Shown here: piece after piece, positions 33,549 through 44,629 of the stretch | How positions within the stretch are numbered: the first letter of the stretch is position 1 | Layout of the letters: each line of letters begins with the position of its first letter | Source of the DNA: Eledone cirrhosa | Taxonomy: Eukaryota | DNA: 64,000 bases | NCBI GenBank assembly: GCA_964016885.1 | Contig: OZ024745.1 | Location: forward strand, 45,322,001-45,386,000 | Direction of reading: 5' to 3' | The notes under the pieces: generated by a model | What the model was told of the DNA's origin: nothing | Seen by the model: only the letters and a program-made list of their open reading frames with translations | The model's database searches: none | Position numbers and translations under genes: made by a program

Positions 33549-33678
33549 ATTATATATAGAACAGTATAGTGAAGCTTTGTGAGAATGAAATTAATGATAA
33601 GATGTACAGAAAGTTGGAAAGTGGGTACAATGTGAAGAAAATATAATGAAGAAATACATTGCGTTAAAAGGCATAATA

Positions 33679-33850
<172 letters not shown>

Positions 33851-33985
33851 AATCGGATGGATTCAGTTTAAAACTGTTTAGATCATTACTCAACAGAGTA
33901 CAGGATAGTTGGGGTAGTAGAGTATGGTTTCGTTATAACTAGCTGCTGAAACGGCAAGGGCTCGGCCGTCGGGTCCCGACTCTTT
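33851..33985 (-). mobile_element. Diverged relative of family C, collapsed hairpin
   Basis: GGGGTAGTAGAGT (reverse complement of the family tail) then GAAACGGC-aagggctcg-GCCGTC-gggtc at 33948-33975. Confidence 0.6.
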
Positions 33986-33999
33986 ATAATATATATATA

Positions 34000-34078
34000 C
34001 AGGGTGTCCCAAAATATGTATACACACTTCAACACCATTCTAATCAAAATGTGTGCACATTTTTTGGGGAGAACCCTG
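34000..34078. mobile_element. 79-bp Tc1/mariner-type MITE
   Basis: TA|CAGGGTGTCCCAAAATATGTATACAC ... GTGTGCACATTTTTTGGGGAGAACCCTG|TA. Confidence 0.75.
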
Positions 34079-35798
34079 TATATATATTAGCGCCCAGGCA
34101 TACAAGAAAGACGTGGCTCGATTCCTTGTGTGTGCCTCTGTCAACTTTTTCTCGTCTATAGGGATACTTTACCTGATTTATGAAGCCATAATAAATTTAA
34201 TGTAGGTATAATTACTGGTTTTTCGATTGAGCATAAGCTTTCGCTGGGAAAAGAATGATTAACTCAAAAGTCTTTCAACAATTCCTCCTTGCATATAAAA
34301 ACAAAAAAATTTACCCCATGCTGCATTTCAGAGAGCTTTGAAAAGACAACTACCCTTATGAAATTGTTCATGGAGAAACACAGGGGAAATTAAAAGTAGT
34401 GTATAAGTAAATAGCTCGCAAGCTATGGAATACGAAGTATGGGATAGGAAGGGTAATCTCTCCTGGATATTCGATAGTTACATCCCAACTCACCTGGCCG
34501 GATGCAGCATCACTATTCAGGAACAAGAGATAGTCACTAAATATTTGATCAATAACAGAGACTCCAAACCCCACATTGTAATATAAAATGTTGATTCATC
34601 CATACCAATATGCCTTTTAACAATCCCATCAAAAGTAGCTGCCCCAAAATACTTGGCAATCATTCCGTAAGTAGACTAGAATTAATATGGATCTACACTT
34701 TTAAAAATAAAGAATAATGGTGGAAAATTCCAGTATAAATAACACAAAAAAACAAAACAAAACAAAACAAATCCAGTACAAACACAACATACCTCTTATA
34801 GTTCCCAGGGATATGGGTCAAAGATCAAAAGTTATGAACTGTTGTAGGTCAGCTGTCCTAGAGAATATGGAATTACTATATAAGACAGCAAAAAAGAAAA
34901 TAACTATGAGGAATACATGTAGACCTTGTATCCTGATATAGACTTTCGTACCTAATATATCAGTTACACTGAGATACATAACAATATATTTGCATAAGGA
35001 AACGCCGGAATTTTCCAGGAAACACCAAACCAAATTGAGTTACATCCTCGAAATCCAATCAATTAGTACTGTGAAGATTTGCAAGACATTCCAATGAATC
35101 TCCATAGGTGTTTTCCAGAATAAATATATGTTGACAACCACAAGGAACTATCTTAATTAAATAACAAAAACAAAGACACCTTGTCATCTTGTTAATAATC
35201 ACCGTGAATTCCACAAATGCGAGTGTTGAGTTTTCAATCGATGCCGATTCACGTCTCCCCCACGTATTTATACTTAGGTACTAGAAAATACCACGCACAC
35301 CAAATAAAATATTTGAATACCACGGATTCCATTCTCTGGCCACCGATATCTTTTAACTATTTTCTCTTGGATTCTGCTCTACAAACTCAATGCATTTCTT
35401 ATTATTTCTCTTCTTTCCCTATATGTGGGCCCTCCAACAGCTCGCTCACTAACATTTTCATAGACTAAATTTATCTCTCTTATCTCTAAAATTATCTCTC
35501 TTATCAATTGTCAAATTATATTCCTTGCTATTCTTTTAACGCTATATCTAAAACAGCCATCCATATATATTTCTTACTCTTTCATCATTGCTTTTGGAAC
35601 TCTTTCACGTTTGAAGGAAAAGAACACATCCATTACAAAATAAAATTAATAGAGGCTGAAGAACTAGAATCTTTCTCGGTGAAAGTCTGACACCATAGCT
35701 ATTGTAATACATATCTATACATTATAATCTCTTTCTATAGATTGAGTTCTCTCTCAAATTTGGATATTACTTACCAAATTACGCTATATATACATACA

Positions 35799-35880
<82 letters not shown>

Positions 35881-35882
<2 letters not shown>

Positions 35883-36020
35883 GCGGCGAATTGGCAGTCG
35901 ATAGAGTGTTTTGCGAAATTCGTTTCGGTTCTTTGCTCTCTACGTACAAATCCCACTGATGTTAACTTTGCCTTCCATCCTTTCGAGTACCAGTCGCGTA
36001 CTGAGGTCGATTCTTCCTCT
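35881..36020 (+). mobile_element. Degenerate SINE
   Basis: GCGGCGAATTGGCAG..CAAATCCC..GTTAACTTTGCCTTCCATCCTTTCG. Confidence 0.7.
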
Positions 36021-36172
36021 ATATCTCTATCTCACTTCCATTTTCTCACTCTTTATCCTTAGATGGGAGAAATCTATTGTATGCAGACCTGGGCTCAGTC
36101 AGGTTTTTAAAAATGCCCTAGAAACACTGTATATCAATGCGGCGCCCCAACGACTCTCTCAGAAGTTACGGG

Positions 36173-36237
<65 letters not shown>

Positions 36238-36308
36238 GCATGCATATGTAAATATATGTATGTATATTTATATGTATCTATACATGTGTTTATATGAGTA
36301 TGTATATG

Positions 36309-36438
36309 CAGCTTTTCTCTATATCTAAGTGTACATATGTTAAGTGGTCTTTTTGGTCACGATTATACCCGCATACATACATTCAAACATACATACATAC
36401 ATATATGCATATCTACACATGTATACTCACATACACAT

Positions 36439-36501
<63 letters not shown>

Positions 36502-36635
36502 TATATATATACATACATGTGTGTATGTAAATATTTATATAAACACATACACACATGTATGTATGTGAGTGCGGGTATAGTTTGTGACCAAAAGGACCAC
36601 TTAACATATGTACACTTAGATATAGAGAAAAGCTG
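36309..36635. mobile_element. MITE-like element, ~65-bp inverted termini enclosing a CA/TA/TG microsatellite
   Basis: CAGCTTTTCTCTATATCTAAGTGTACATATGTTAAGTGGTC.. (36309-36374) is the reverse complement of 36570-36635; no clear TSD. Confidence 0.7.
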
Positions 36636-36944
36636 GGTTTTGCTTTGAATTTTGTTTTGTTGTGTATTCCTTAACTTTATATTTCCTCTTATATTCTTTG
36701 TTGTTATTTCTGATAGAATAAAGATTTGTGTCAAGATATCTTCTACTATTTTAAAGAGCATGTCTCTGCTAGAACTATCAGGTGTCTCTTGTAACATTCC
36801 ATCGAGGTCTTTGGAATCAGATTTTCTACGCTCACGGCTGCTGTGAATCATCGTCTTAATAGAAGCAACAGTTAGGAATACTTGTCTCATTTCTTTAGAA
36901 AATTGCACTCCTCGCCTTGCTTCTTTCTCTTCATCTAAGAAGCG

Positions 36945-36980
<36 letters not shown>

Positions 36981-37291
36981 GTTCCTTTTCTTTCTTTCCT
37001 TCTCGAAATGTCTGTCTATTTATATAAGGTGCCTGAAAAACATCGAAGACTATTTTGATTTTGTATTATTCTGCAAACTATTAAGACATTCTTTATTTAT
37101 GTATTTATCCTTTTATTCTTTGGATGAAAGGATAAATGCCATAAATGTTTGCTGGAGGCGTTTTATCTTTATTAGTGTTACGGCGATATTGAGCTGAGAA
37201 AGGTTTTCAAACTTTAAACTGTGAACCTCGATGTGCAATACCGATGGTCCAATTATAGTGAAGTGTTGCTGTTATTATTGGCACCGCTAGA

Positions 37292-37488
37292 GGACGGTGG
37301 ATTGATATCTGTAGAGGGTCGGACATCATGCTTTGCGGCATTTAGTTACAGTCTTTTAGATTCTGAGTTCAAATCTCGCCGAGGTTACCTTTACTTTTCA
37401 TCCTTACGGGGTCGATAACTCATTAGGATCGATTTAATCGATTTCCTCTCCTCCCCCAAAGTGTTGGCTTTGTGCCTAAATCAGAAAC
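37292..37488 (+). mobile_element. tRNA-derived SINE, longer/older subfamily
   Basis: Family body plus GATCGATTTAATCGA..CTCCCCCAAA segment; TATTATTGGCAC repeated on both flanks. Confidence 0.85.
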
Positions 37489-37550
37489 TATTATTGGCAC
37501 GACGAGTGGTTAGGTTAATGGATTTAGGATCATGATGTCGTAAGTTCAAT

Positions 37551-38452
37551 CCCTCTCTCTATATCTACTACACAGAACTCTCTTCCAAACCCTCTCTCTA
37601 TATCTACTACACAGAACTCTCTTCCAAACCCTCTCTCTATATCTACTACACAGAACTCTCTTCCAAACCCTCTCTCTATATCTACTACACGGAACTCTCT
37701 TCCAAACCCTCTCTCTATATCTACTACACGGAACTCTCTTCCAAATCCTCTCTATATATCTACTACATAGAACTCTTTCCCAAACCTTCTCTCTCTATAT
37801 CTACTACACGGAACCCTCTTCCAAATCCTCTCTACATATCTACTACACAGAACTCTCTTCCAAACCCTCTCTCTATATCTACTACACGGAACTCTCTTCC
37901 AAACCCTCTCTCTATATCTACTACACGGAACTCTCTTCCAAATCCTCTCTATATATCTACTACATAGAACTCTTTCCCAAACCTTCTCTCTCTATATCTA
38001 CTACACGGAACCCTCTTCCAAATCCTCTCTACATATCTACTACACAGAACTCTCTTCCAAACCCTCTCTCTATATCTACTACACAGAACTCTCTTCCAAA
38101 CCCTCTCTCTATATCTACTACACGGAACTCTCTTCCAAACCCTCTCTCTATATCTACTACACGGAACTCTCTTCCAAATCCTCTCTATATATCTACTACA
38201 TAGAACTCTTTCCCAAACCTTCTCTCTCTATATCTACTACACGGAACCCTCTTCCAAATCCTCTCTACATATCTACTACACGGAACTCTCTTCCAAACCC
38301 TCTCTCTATATCTACTACACGGAACTCTCTTCCAAATCCTCTCTCTATATCAATTAACACGAAGCTCTCCCCCCTCTCTATATCGCTCCCAACCCTCCTC
38401 GCTATATTAATTACCACCAAATTCTCCCCCTCTCTATATCTATCAATACCTA
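37551..38452. repeat. 39-bp minisatellite CCCTCTCTCTATATCTACTACACRGAACTCTCTTCCAAA (~20 units, degenerate after ~38345)
   Basis: Units start at 37551, 37590 etc.; a variant block recurs at ~37763, 37961 and 38197. Confidence 0.95.
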
Positions 38453-38625
38453 TCTCCAGTATACTCAGCTAAAAATCGTTACCAGCAGTAGGTGCGGATT
38501 CACCCTGCGATGAACTGGCATCCTGTCCAGTGGGGGAGTTTTGTGCTCGCAGTCGCCTGTTGCCAAGGAAACCAGGATGAATACTGACCTAATGAGCCTC
38601 TCAGCTTCAGACAGACTTTACATTT
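38453..38625 (+). mobile_element. 3' half of a different SINE (CCCTGCGATGAACTGGCATCCTGTCCAG, V-domain-like)
   Basis: Motif recognised from animal SINE bodies; tRNA-like head at 37495-37553 on the other side of the minisatellite. Confidence 0.65.
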
Positions 38626-38725
38626 GTTTTTAACATCGTTGCAAATTCTGAAATATATTGAGAGACCTTTCTTTATCTTGAACTTGTGGTTTCTGCTGCT
38701 GCAGTTATAGTTGCTGTTGACGATG

Positions 38726-38726
<1 letters not shown>

Positions 38727-38756
<30 letters not shown>

Positions 38757-38777
38757 CTTCTTCGTCTTCTTCTTCTT
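38727..38777. repeat. (TTC)n microsatellite
   Basis: Direct reading. Confidence 0.95.
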
Positions 38778-39597
38778 AATATAAATGTTATTGGAAGAGA
38801 AGAGTTCATATCCTACGCTGGTCATGTTGAAATATTTTATAATCCCAATGATCTAAGTACAACGTTGTTCCATGTTTCTCTGCATCTTGCCATGCGTTGA
38901 CATCGACGACTCGGATCTTACTGGTACTATCACGTACATATAGTCAGATACAAAGTTGCCAGTTAGTCCCTTTATACATCATGTTAGTCTACTTCACCAT
39001 GAAGTTGCATTCTAATTGAATGATATCTATTGCTTATGAAATATAGGCGGCAATTTTGCAGAATTGCAAAAATGTTTCATAGGATACTTTACAGTATTCA
39101 CTTCGACATTTTGCTCTCCGAGTTCAAATCGCGCCAATGTCAAATGCGACCAATGTATTTTTATACGTTCAAACAGGGCCAATGTCTTGTCATACTTTCG
39201 ATGTAAATAAATAAAGCACTCGTTCAGTGCCTCTATAGCTCATATTCATTTTATCACTCTATCTCTTTCTCTCTCACACTTCTCTCTCAAACATTCTTAT
39301 ATTTTCATTCCCTCAGAAAATAGAAAGGTGATGACGATAGTATTATTACACTAAATGTTAAGGTAGAAACCAGCGCCTAGATAAACGCAAATGAAAAGTA
39401 GAGAAAGAGAAATTATGATAGAAAACACGTTTTACTTCTTTATTTAAGGAGATATTAAAAAATACAAATATGAAAAGAAATAGTTTGAGAACAATTTTAC
39501 TGAACCAACTTCACCAGGACATTATTGCTGACTCATAATAGATTTCCACGATTTCTATTCCAGCTTTTGCCCCGTCATCTAGCCCCCCCTCTCTCTC

Positions 39598-39712
39598 TAT
39601 ATATATATATAATATATATATGTGTGTGTATATATATATATATATGTATATATATGTGTATATATATGTATATATATATGTGTGTATATGTATATATAAA
39701 TATATATATATG

Positions 39713-39743
<31 letters not shown>

Positions 39744-39797
39744 GTATAAATATATGTATATATATATGATATATATGTATATATATGTATATATATG

Positions 39798-39828
<31 letters not shown>

Positions 39829-39869
39829 GTATATATATGTATATATATATATATATGTATGTATATATA

Positions 39870-39946
<77 letters not shown>

Positions 39947-39961
39947 TATATATATATATAT
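39598..39961. repeat. (TA)n/(TG) compound microsatellite
   Basis: Direct reading. Confidence 0.95.
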
Positions 39962-39991
39962 AAATGGAAACTATATTTATAAAACCATATT

Positions 39992-40051
39992 TATTCTATT
40001 ATATATATTTCAAGGGTACCAAAACTTGGTACGCTATCATCAGATAAAATA
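39992..40051 (-). ncRNA. Type I hammerhead ribozyme motif (family D, element ~39961-40117)
   Basis: Minus: tattttat-CTGATGA-tagc gtaccaa gtt ttggtac cctt-GAAA-TATATA-TA-atagaata. Confidence 0.7.
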
Positions 40052-40137
40052 CGAATTGTGTTTTATAAATTTTGACATAACCAAGGAAAATATACCTTAA
40101 CGGTTCAAGTTTTCCTTATATATATAAATATATACAT

Positions 40138-40169
<32 letters not shown>

Positions 40170-40319
40170 GATTGCGCGCATGTGTGTGTGTATGCACATT
40201 TAAGAGACACATACATATATATATATATATATGTAAAAGGTAAACAGAAATAATAACACAATCGGTACAGTATATGGAAGGTATATTTTAGGTTAACGCT
40301 TGATATAACAGGAAGAGGG

Positions 40320-40355
40320 TCTTAACATTTCGGATGCTAGTCCTTCATCAGAAGA
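40320..40355 (-). ncRNA. Minimal Penelope-type hammerhead motif
   Basis: Minus: tctt-CTGATGA-a gga ctagca tcc-GAAA-tg-TT-aaga; AATGTT is one CpG transition from palindromic AACGTT. Confidence 0.7.
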
Positions 40356-40715
40356 AAGAATGAGAAATACGATAGATTGAGGGAACGGGCAGGGTTGGAA
40401 TTGGAAAAAAATGTCTTTAGATAAAAATAACAGGTCCCTTCATGTTGACATCTCTTGTATGGATAACTATATATATGTGCATGTGTATGTGTGTGTGTAT
40501 ATGTCTGTGCGCGTATGTTCCCACCCACATATACATGAGTATATATTAAACTGCAGCCATGCAGCTTCAATCGACGACATCAAACCCAGAAGTCATTTCA
40601 TTCTGATACTTAATTTATTGATCCCTGCTTGTCAAAATACTAGTTTACATATCCTGACGACATAGAACATAAACACAGACAGATTGACACGCATTCAAAC
40701 ACATATACATACATA

Positions 40716-40836
40716 CAAGGGGCGGTGGAACTGGGCAGGAGGACCATGGCCCCACCAATAATCATATTTTTCTCCCCAAACTACCAAAACACACATCTAT
40801 TTGTATATGCGCTACAATTTATGTACATGTTATGTA
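40716..40836 (+). mobile_element. Truncated copy of the hAT-like MITE at 47309-47533
   Basis: Shares ATATTTTTCTCCCCAAACTA..ATATGCGCTACAATTTATGTACATGTTATGT with ~47345-47413. Confidence 0.65.
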
Positions 40837-40839
40837 GAG

Positions 40840-40964
40840 ACAGATGGGAGGTATAGATATAGAGAGGGGGAGAGTTAGGTAGTAATTGATATAGAGAGGA
40901 AGGTTGGGAGAGTGTGTTGTATATTAGATACAGAGAGGGGAAGAGATTGATGTTTATTGATATA
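40840..40964 (-). repeat. GA-rich minisatellite related (reverse strand) to 37551-38452; left flank of the LINE
   Basis: GATATAGAGAGGGGGAGAG..GTAATTGATATAGAGAGG units. Confidence 0.75.
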
Positions 40965-41205
40965 TATTTCTATTTATTTGCCACCAGGGCATCAAAGATT
41001 GGGACAAATACAAAGGGGGGAGTTTACATACATTTAAAAAGACGTGTAAAAAACATATAACAAATTAAATTTAACAATCGAAGTCCTCAATAGGGAGGGG
41101 CGTTGACATGGGTCGCACACACCCCCGAAAAAATGTGCAACCCTCCTCTTCAGGAGCACAAAGAGCGGGTGCTTCCTTCCTCTTCTCATTCTTCTCCTCT
41201 CTCAC

Positions 41206-44085
41206 CTACAGGCTGATATAGAGAGAAGGCCTATTCACTCGGGCCATTCTCGCTACTTTCGCCCATATTTCATAAAACTTGCTGGGGTAGAGCACCTCTC
41301 TCTCCATTCTGATCCTTCTTCTAAAGTGGTACTTGAAAAAAAAGACCAGTTGTTGGCCGGAGAGAAAGGTGTCTGACCTCAACCTTGTCCACCATACAAC
41401 TTCTTTCGCCATGGCTATCACACAGAGGAAAACCGCCTCTCCTTCGTTTTTGAAAGGGGGAGGCGGTTTGATTGTGACAATGTTCTCGGTGGTCAACCGG
41501 ATTGGTCCCACCCGCGACAGTAGTCGTTCTACATAGCCCCACAGGTCAGCAACGCCCGGGCAATGTACGAATGCGTGCGCGACGGTTTCCTCGTCACGCA
41601 CGCATCTTGGACAGATCTTCTTCGAGGGGTCCCTACCCGGGCGCCCGTGTCTGTAGAGCTTGTCCCGAACGGGTAGAGCTCCTCGGTAACATTGCCAAGC
41701 CAGGGACTTTTGGAAGTTGTCCATCGGTCCCGGGCCAAACGTCCTACCGAACAGACTGGCCAGCTCGTCTTCCTCCATGCCCAGAGCCTCTCCGAGAGCG
41801 TCGTCGCACTTACTGCGCACCAACCCTCTATAGAATGTTGAGGTTGAGTCTCTACTGATTGCCGGATCCGCTTGCCAGAGGGCCGTGAGCGCCTGGGCAC
41901 ATTCAATGTGCCAGTCGCCCACTTTTCTCGGTCTTTGCTTGACCCAGGATTGCAGCTCGGTGAGTGAGACGAGTCTCGGAAAGGCTCGCCTCACAAACAG
42001 GGCCCACACCGGCTGACCGGTGAGGAATACCTGGATGCGTCGTAGCCTTAATGCGTGTCTACGCATCGTCAGCCACGACATCCCCAGCCCTCCGTTCGAA
42101 GGGTGTTGACAGCAGATGGATCTTCTCACCAAAGGAGCCCGCTTCTTCCAAAGAAATCGGAAGAGCGCGCGCTCCATTTTGGCGAGTGTTTTCTCTGGGC
42201 AAGGCACGACGGTCAAGCGGTAGTAGATGACGGACGCTATATAAGCGTTCGCCACCTCCGCTCGACCTTTCAGGGATAGTTTGCACTCGGCCCACTTCTG
42301 GGCGAGTGCAAACACCTTGCCCGTTACCTCGTCCCAGTTTTTCTCCACCTGGAGGTCCGGTCCGAACCAGACCCCGAGCAGCTTCACCGGTCCCTCCGTC
42401 CAGCGTCCGACGATGCCGTCGGAGGGCATCGTTTTGCCCCTCCACGTCCCGAGTTGCAAACCGACGGACTTGTCCCGGTTCAGCTTGGCTCCTGTGAACC
42501 TTTCATATTCCTCCAGTAAGGTGCCGATCTGCCCGATTTCCGAGGCGCGCGACACCATTACTGTCACGTCATCGGCGTAGGCCGACACCGCTTTCCGCAA
42601 TCCCGGTTCCAAGGGGATGCTCTGCAACAGATCCAGCTTCCTCAGTAGTGGCTCGAGAGCCAGCACATACAGGAGGGAGGAGAGAGGGCATCCCTGTCTA
42701 ATGGATCGCGTGATTTGGAACGGCTCCGAGAGGTAGCCGTTCACCTTGACCCTCCAGCAGGTGTTGCTGCTGTGCATTGCAGAAATCCAGCCCCTGAAAA
42801 TGGGTCTGAAGCCTGCCGCCGCGAGCACCGCATCCAGGTACCGATGGTCAACCCTATCGAACTCTTTAGATTGATCCAAGTTGATCAGGGCCCCACCAAA
42901 GCCGGGTTCGTTCCCTACCCTCTCTACGATGTATCGCATGAGGTGGAGGTTGTCGTATATGGACCTGGACGGGATTGCGCATGTCTGCGCTTCTCCCACC
43001 AGGTTCCCGACGACAAGCGCCAACCTCTTCGCTAACACCTTGGCAAAAATCTTTAACTCTGTGTTTAGCAGAGTTATGGGCCTGAAGTCATCTATGTCAT
43101 CCCCCTTGTTCTCGTCCTTCCTCACCAGCGTGACTACGCCCTTGGTCACAGAACTGGGAATTCTCCCGTTCTGTTGCCAGTTGCAGTAGACCGCCTCGAG
43201 GAGACCGGAGAACAAGCCCGGCATCGCTACATAAAGTTCGTATGGTAGACCATCGAGACCCGGAGATTTGCGTTTGCCGCATTGGCTCAGCGCTTCCCCT
43301 ATTTCAGCGGCTGAAATCGGCCTCTCGCAGGACTTCGCCTCCCCGTCCGAGAGCCGCGCCAGACCGTCGAGGTATGGACCGAAATCCATGGCCCCACCCG
43401 GCCCGCCGCCCCTCCCAAACAGTCGTGCAAAGCGCCGTTGAAAGGCCGCGCTCATCCGCTCAGGTTCAAGGATCACGCGTCCATCCTGGTCCTTCAAAGA
43501 CCGAATCGTGGACTTGTTTCCACTTTTTGCCTCTGTCACTCGGGCCCAGCTAACAGCTTTGGCTCCCTCGTTACCCAGAGCACGTATTTTACTCCTGACA
43601 ACGCAGCCCTCGTGCTTCGCATCAAAGAACTGGTCTAGGGCCGTTCTTGACGCCAGCACGCCGGCCACGTTGCCACTCCTAATCGCCTCTTCTACTCTAT
43701 TTGTTAATTCCCTTTCAGTTCTATTCCTATCTGATGCTAATTCCCGACTAAAACCTATCGATTCTATTCTAATTTCTCTCTTGAGAGAGCCCCACCACCT
43801 GTTGTTTACAATTGCCCCCGTCAAACGCTGCTTAACTAGTGTGCTAATCCGCTTACTGTAAGCTTTGTTTGTCGGTAAAGACAAGTTTAGCTTCCAGTAA
43901 CCGGGTCCCTGTCTATGAGTTCTATCAAGATTAACCACTCCGGTCAACAACTTGTGATCCGAATAGTCAACCATGAACATTCGTGGACAGCTTAATATGT
44001 CCCTATCCTTATTTCTAACTAGGAACCTATCTAGGTACGACCTGGATGTTCCGCTGCGATTACTCCACGTCCACCGTGGCACCAC
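41206..44085 (-). CDS. LINE ORF2, open 959-aa portion: end of AP endonuclease, reverse transcriptase, C-terminal zinc-binding motif
   Basis: SYLDRF..SDHKLL, GPGYWKLN, KSPGLDG, FRPITLLN, RQGCPLS, YADD (42568-42579), CPRCVRDEETVAHAFVHC; true start is upstream at 44587. Confidence 0.93.
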   Translation of the reverse strand: MVPRWTWSNRSGTSRSYLDRFLVRNKDRDILSCPRMFMVDYSDHKLLTGVVNLDRTHRQGPGYWKLNLSLPTNKAYSKRISTLVKQRLTGAIVNNRWWGSLKREIRIESIGFSRELASDRNRTERELTNRVEEAIRSGNVAGVLASRTALDQFFDAKHEGCVVRSKIRALGNEGAKAVSWARVTEAKSGNKSTIRSLKDQDGRVILEPERMSAAFQRRFARLFGRGGGPGGAMDFGPYLDGLARLSDGEAKSCERPISAAEIGEALSQCGKRKSPGLDGLPYELYVAMPGLFSGLLEAVYCNWQQNGRIPSSVTKGVVTLVRKDENKGDDIDDFRPITLLNTELKIFAKVLAKRLALVVGNLVGEAQTCAIPSRSIYDNLHLMRYIVERVGNEPGFGGALINLDQSKEFDRVDHRYLDAVLAAAGFRPIFRGWISAMHSSNTCWRVKVNGYLSEPFQITRSIRQGCPLSSLLYVLALEPLLRKLDLLQSIPLEPGLRKAVSAYADDVTVMVSRASEIGQIGTLLEEYERFTGAKLNRDKSVGLQLGTWRGKTMPSDGIVGRWTEGPVKLLGVWFGPDLQVEKNWDEVTGKVFALAQKWAECKLSLKGRAEVANAYIASVIYYRLTVVPCPEKTLAKMERALFRFLWKKRAPLVRRSICCQHPSNGGLGMSWLTMRRHALRLRRIQVFLTGQPVWALFVRRAFPRLVSLTELQSWVKQRPRKVGDWHIECAQALTALWQADPAISRDSTSTFYRGLVRSKCDDALGEALGMEEDELASLFGRTFGPGPMDNFQKSLAWQCYRGALPVRDKLYRHGRPGRDPSKKICPRCVRDEETVAHAFVHCPGVADLWGYVERLLSRVGPIRLTTENIVTIKPPPPFKNEGEAVFLCVIAMAKEVVWWTRLRSDTFLSGQQLVFFFKYHFRRRIRMEREVLYPSKFYEIWAKVARMARVNRPSLYISL

Positions 44086-44587
44086 AGTCGGAAAATCCAG
44101 TCGATATCTATCGGCCAGATCAAATCGGCCGATTAATCGTTTGAGGCTGTTACACCCCCTCTATCGGGACATGACCCTACATAGTCCCAACGTGCATCCA
44201 GGATACCATTCCAGTCCCCCACTAAAAGCAAGGAGCGAGACATTCCCAGGAAATTCTCCAGGCGTCGGAAGAAGTCCGGTCGCGGTGTCCCCGATGGGGC
44301 ATACGCTGCCACCAGCCTGAAAGCTCCACCTTCACCACTGCCGACGTCTAAAACCACCAGTCGACCCTCCGGGTCCAGGTGTACCTTCTGTGTGGCAAAA
44401 CCCAGGTATTTTCGCAGATCCCAAAGTCGTCGAAGATGAGGGCCAGTTGGCGCTCGCTGCTGATCCTGGACTCGCAAATAACCATTACACCCACTCTGTG
44501 CGACCTGAGGTCATTTAAGAGTTTGCCCTGTTTCCAGGACATCCCCAAGCCGCGTGCATTCACACATCCAACTCTTATATTGGCCAT
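44086..44587 (-). pseudogene. ORF2 N-terminal AP endonuclease, split by two frameshifts
   Basis: MANIRVGCVNARGL..VICESR / DPEGRLVVLDV..AAYAP..LLVGDWN; shifts at ~44420 (probable deletion) and at the G5 run 44155-44159. Confidence 0.85.
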
Positions 44588-44629
44588 GTTGGTGCTGAAG
44601 AGGTAAAAAGGAAGAGGAAAGGAAATTAC

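Noticed and set aside
34250-36930. Possible highly decayed L1-like LINE on the minus strand
   Set aside because: Coding-like texture, but no diagnostic RT or endonuclease motif could be read
37551-38345. CRISPR-like regular repeat
   Set aside because: Head-to-tail units with no unique spacers, no cas genes, eukaryotic context
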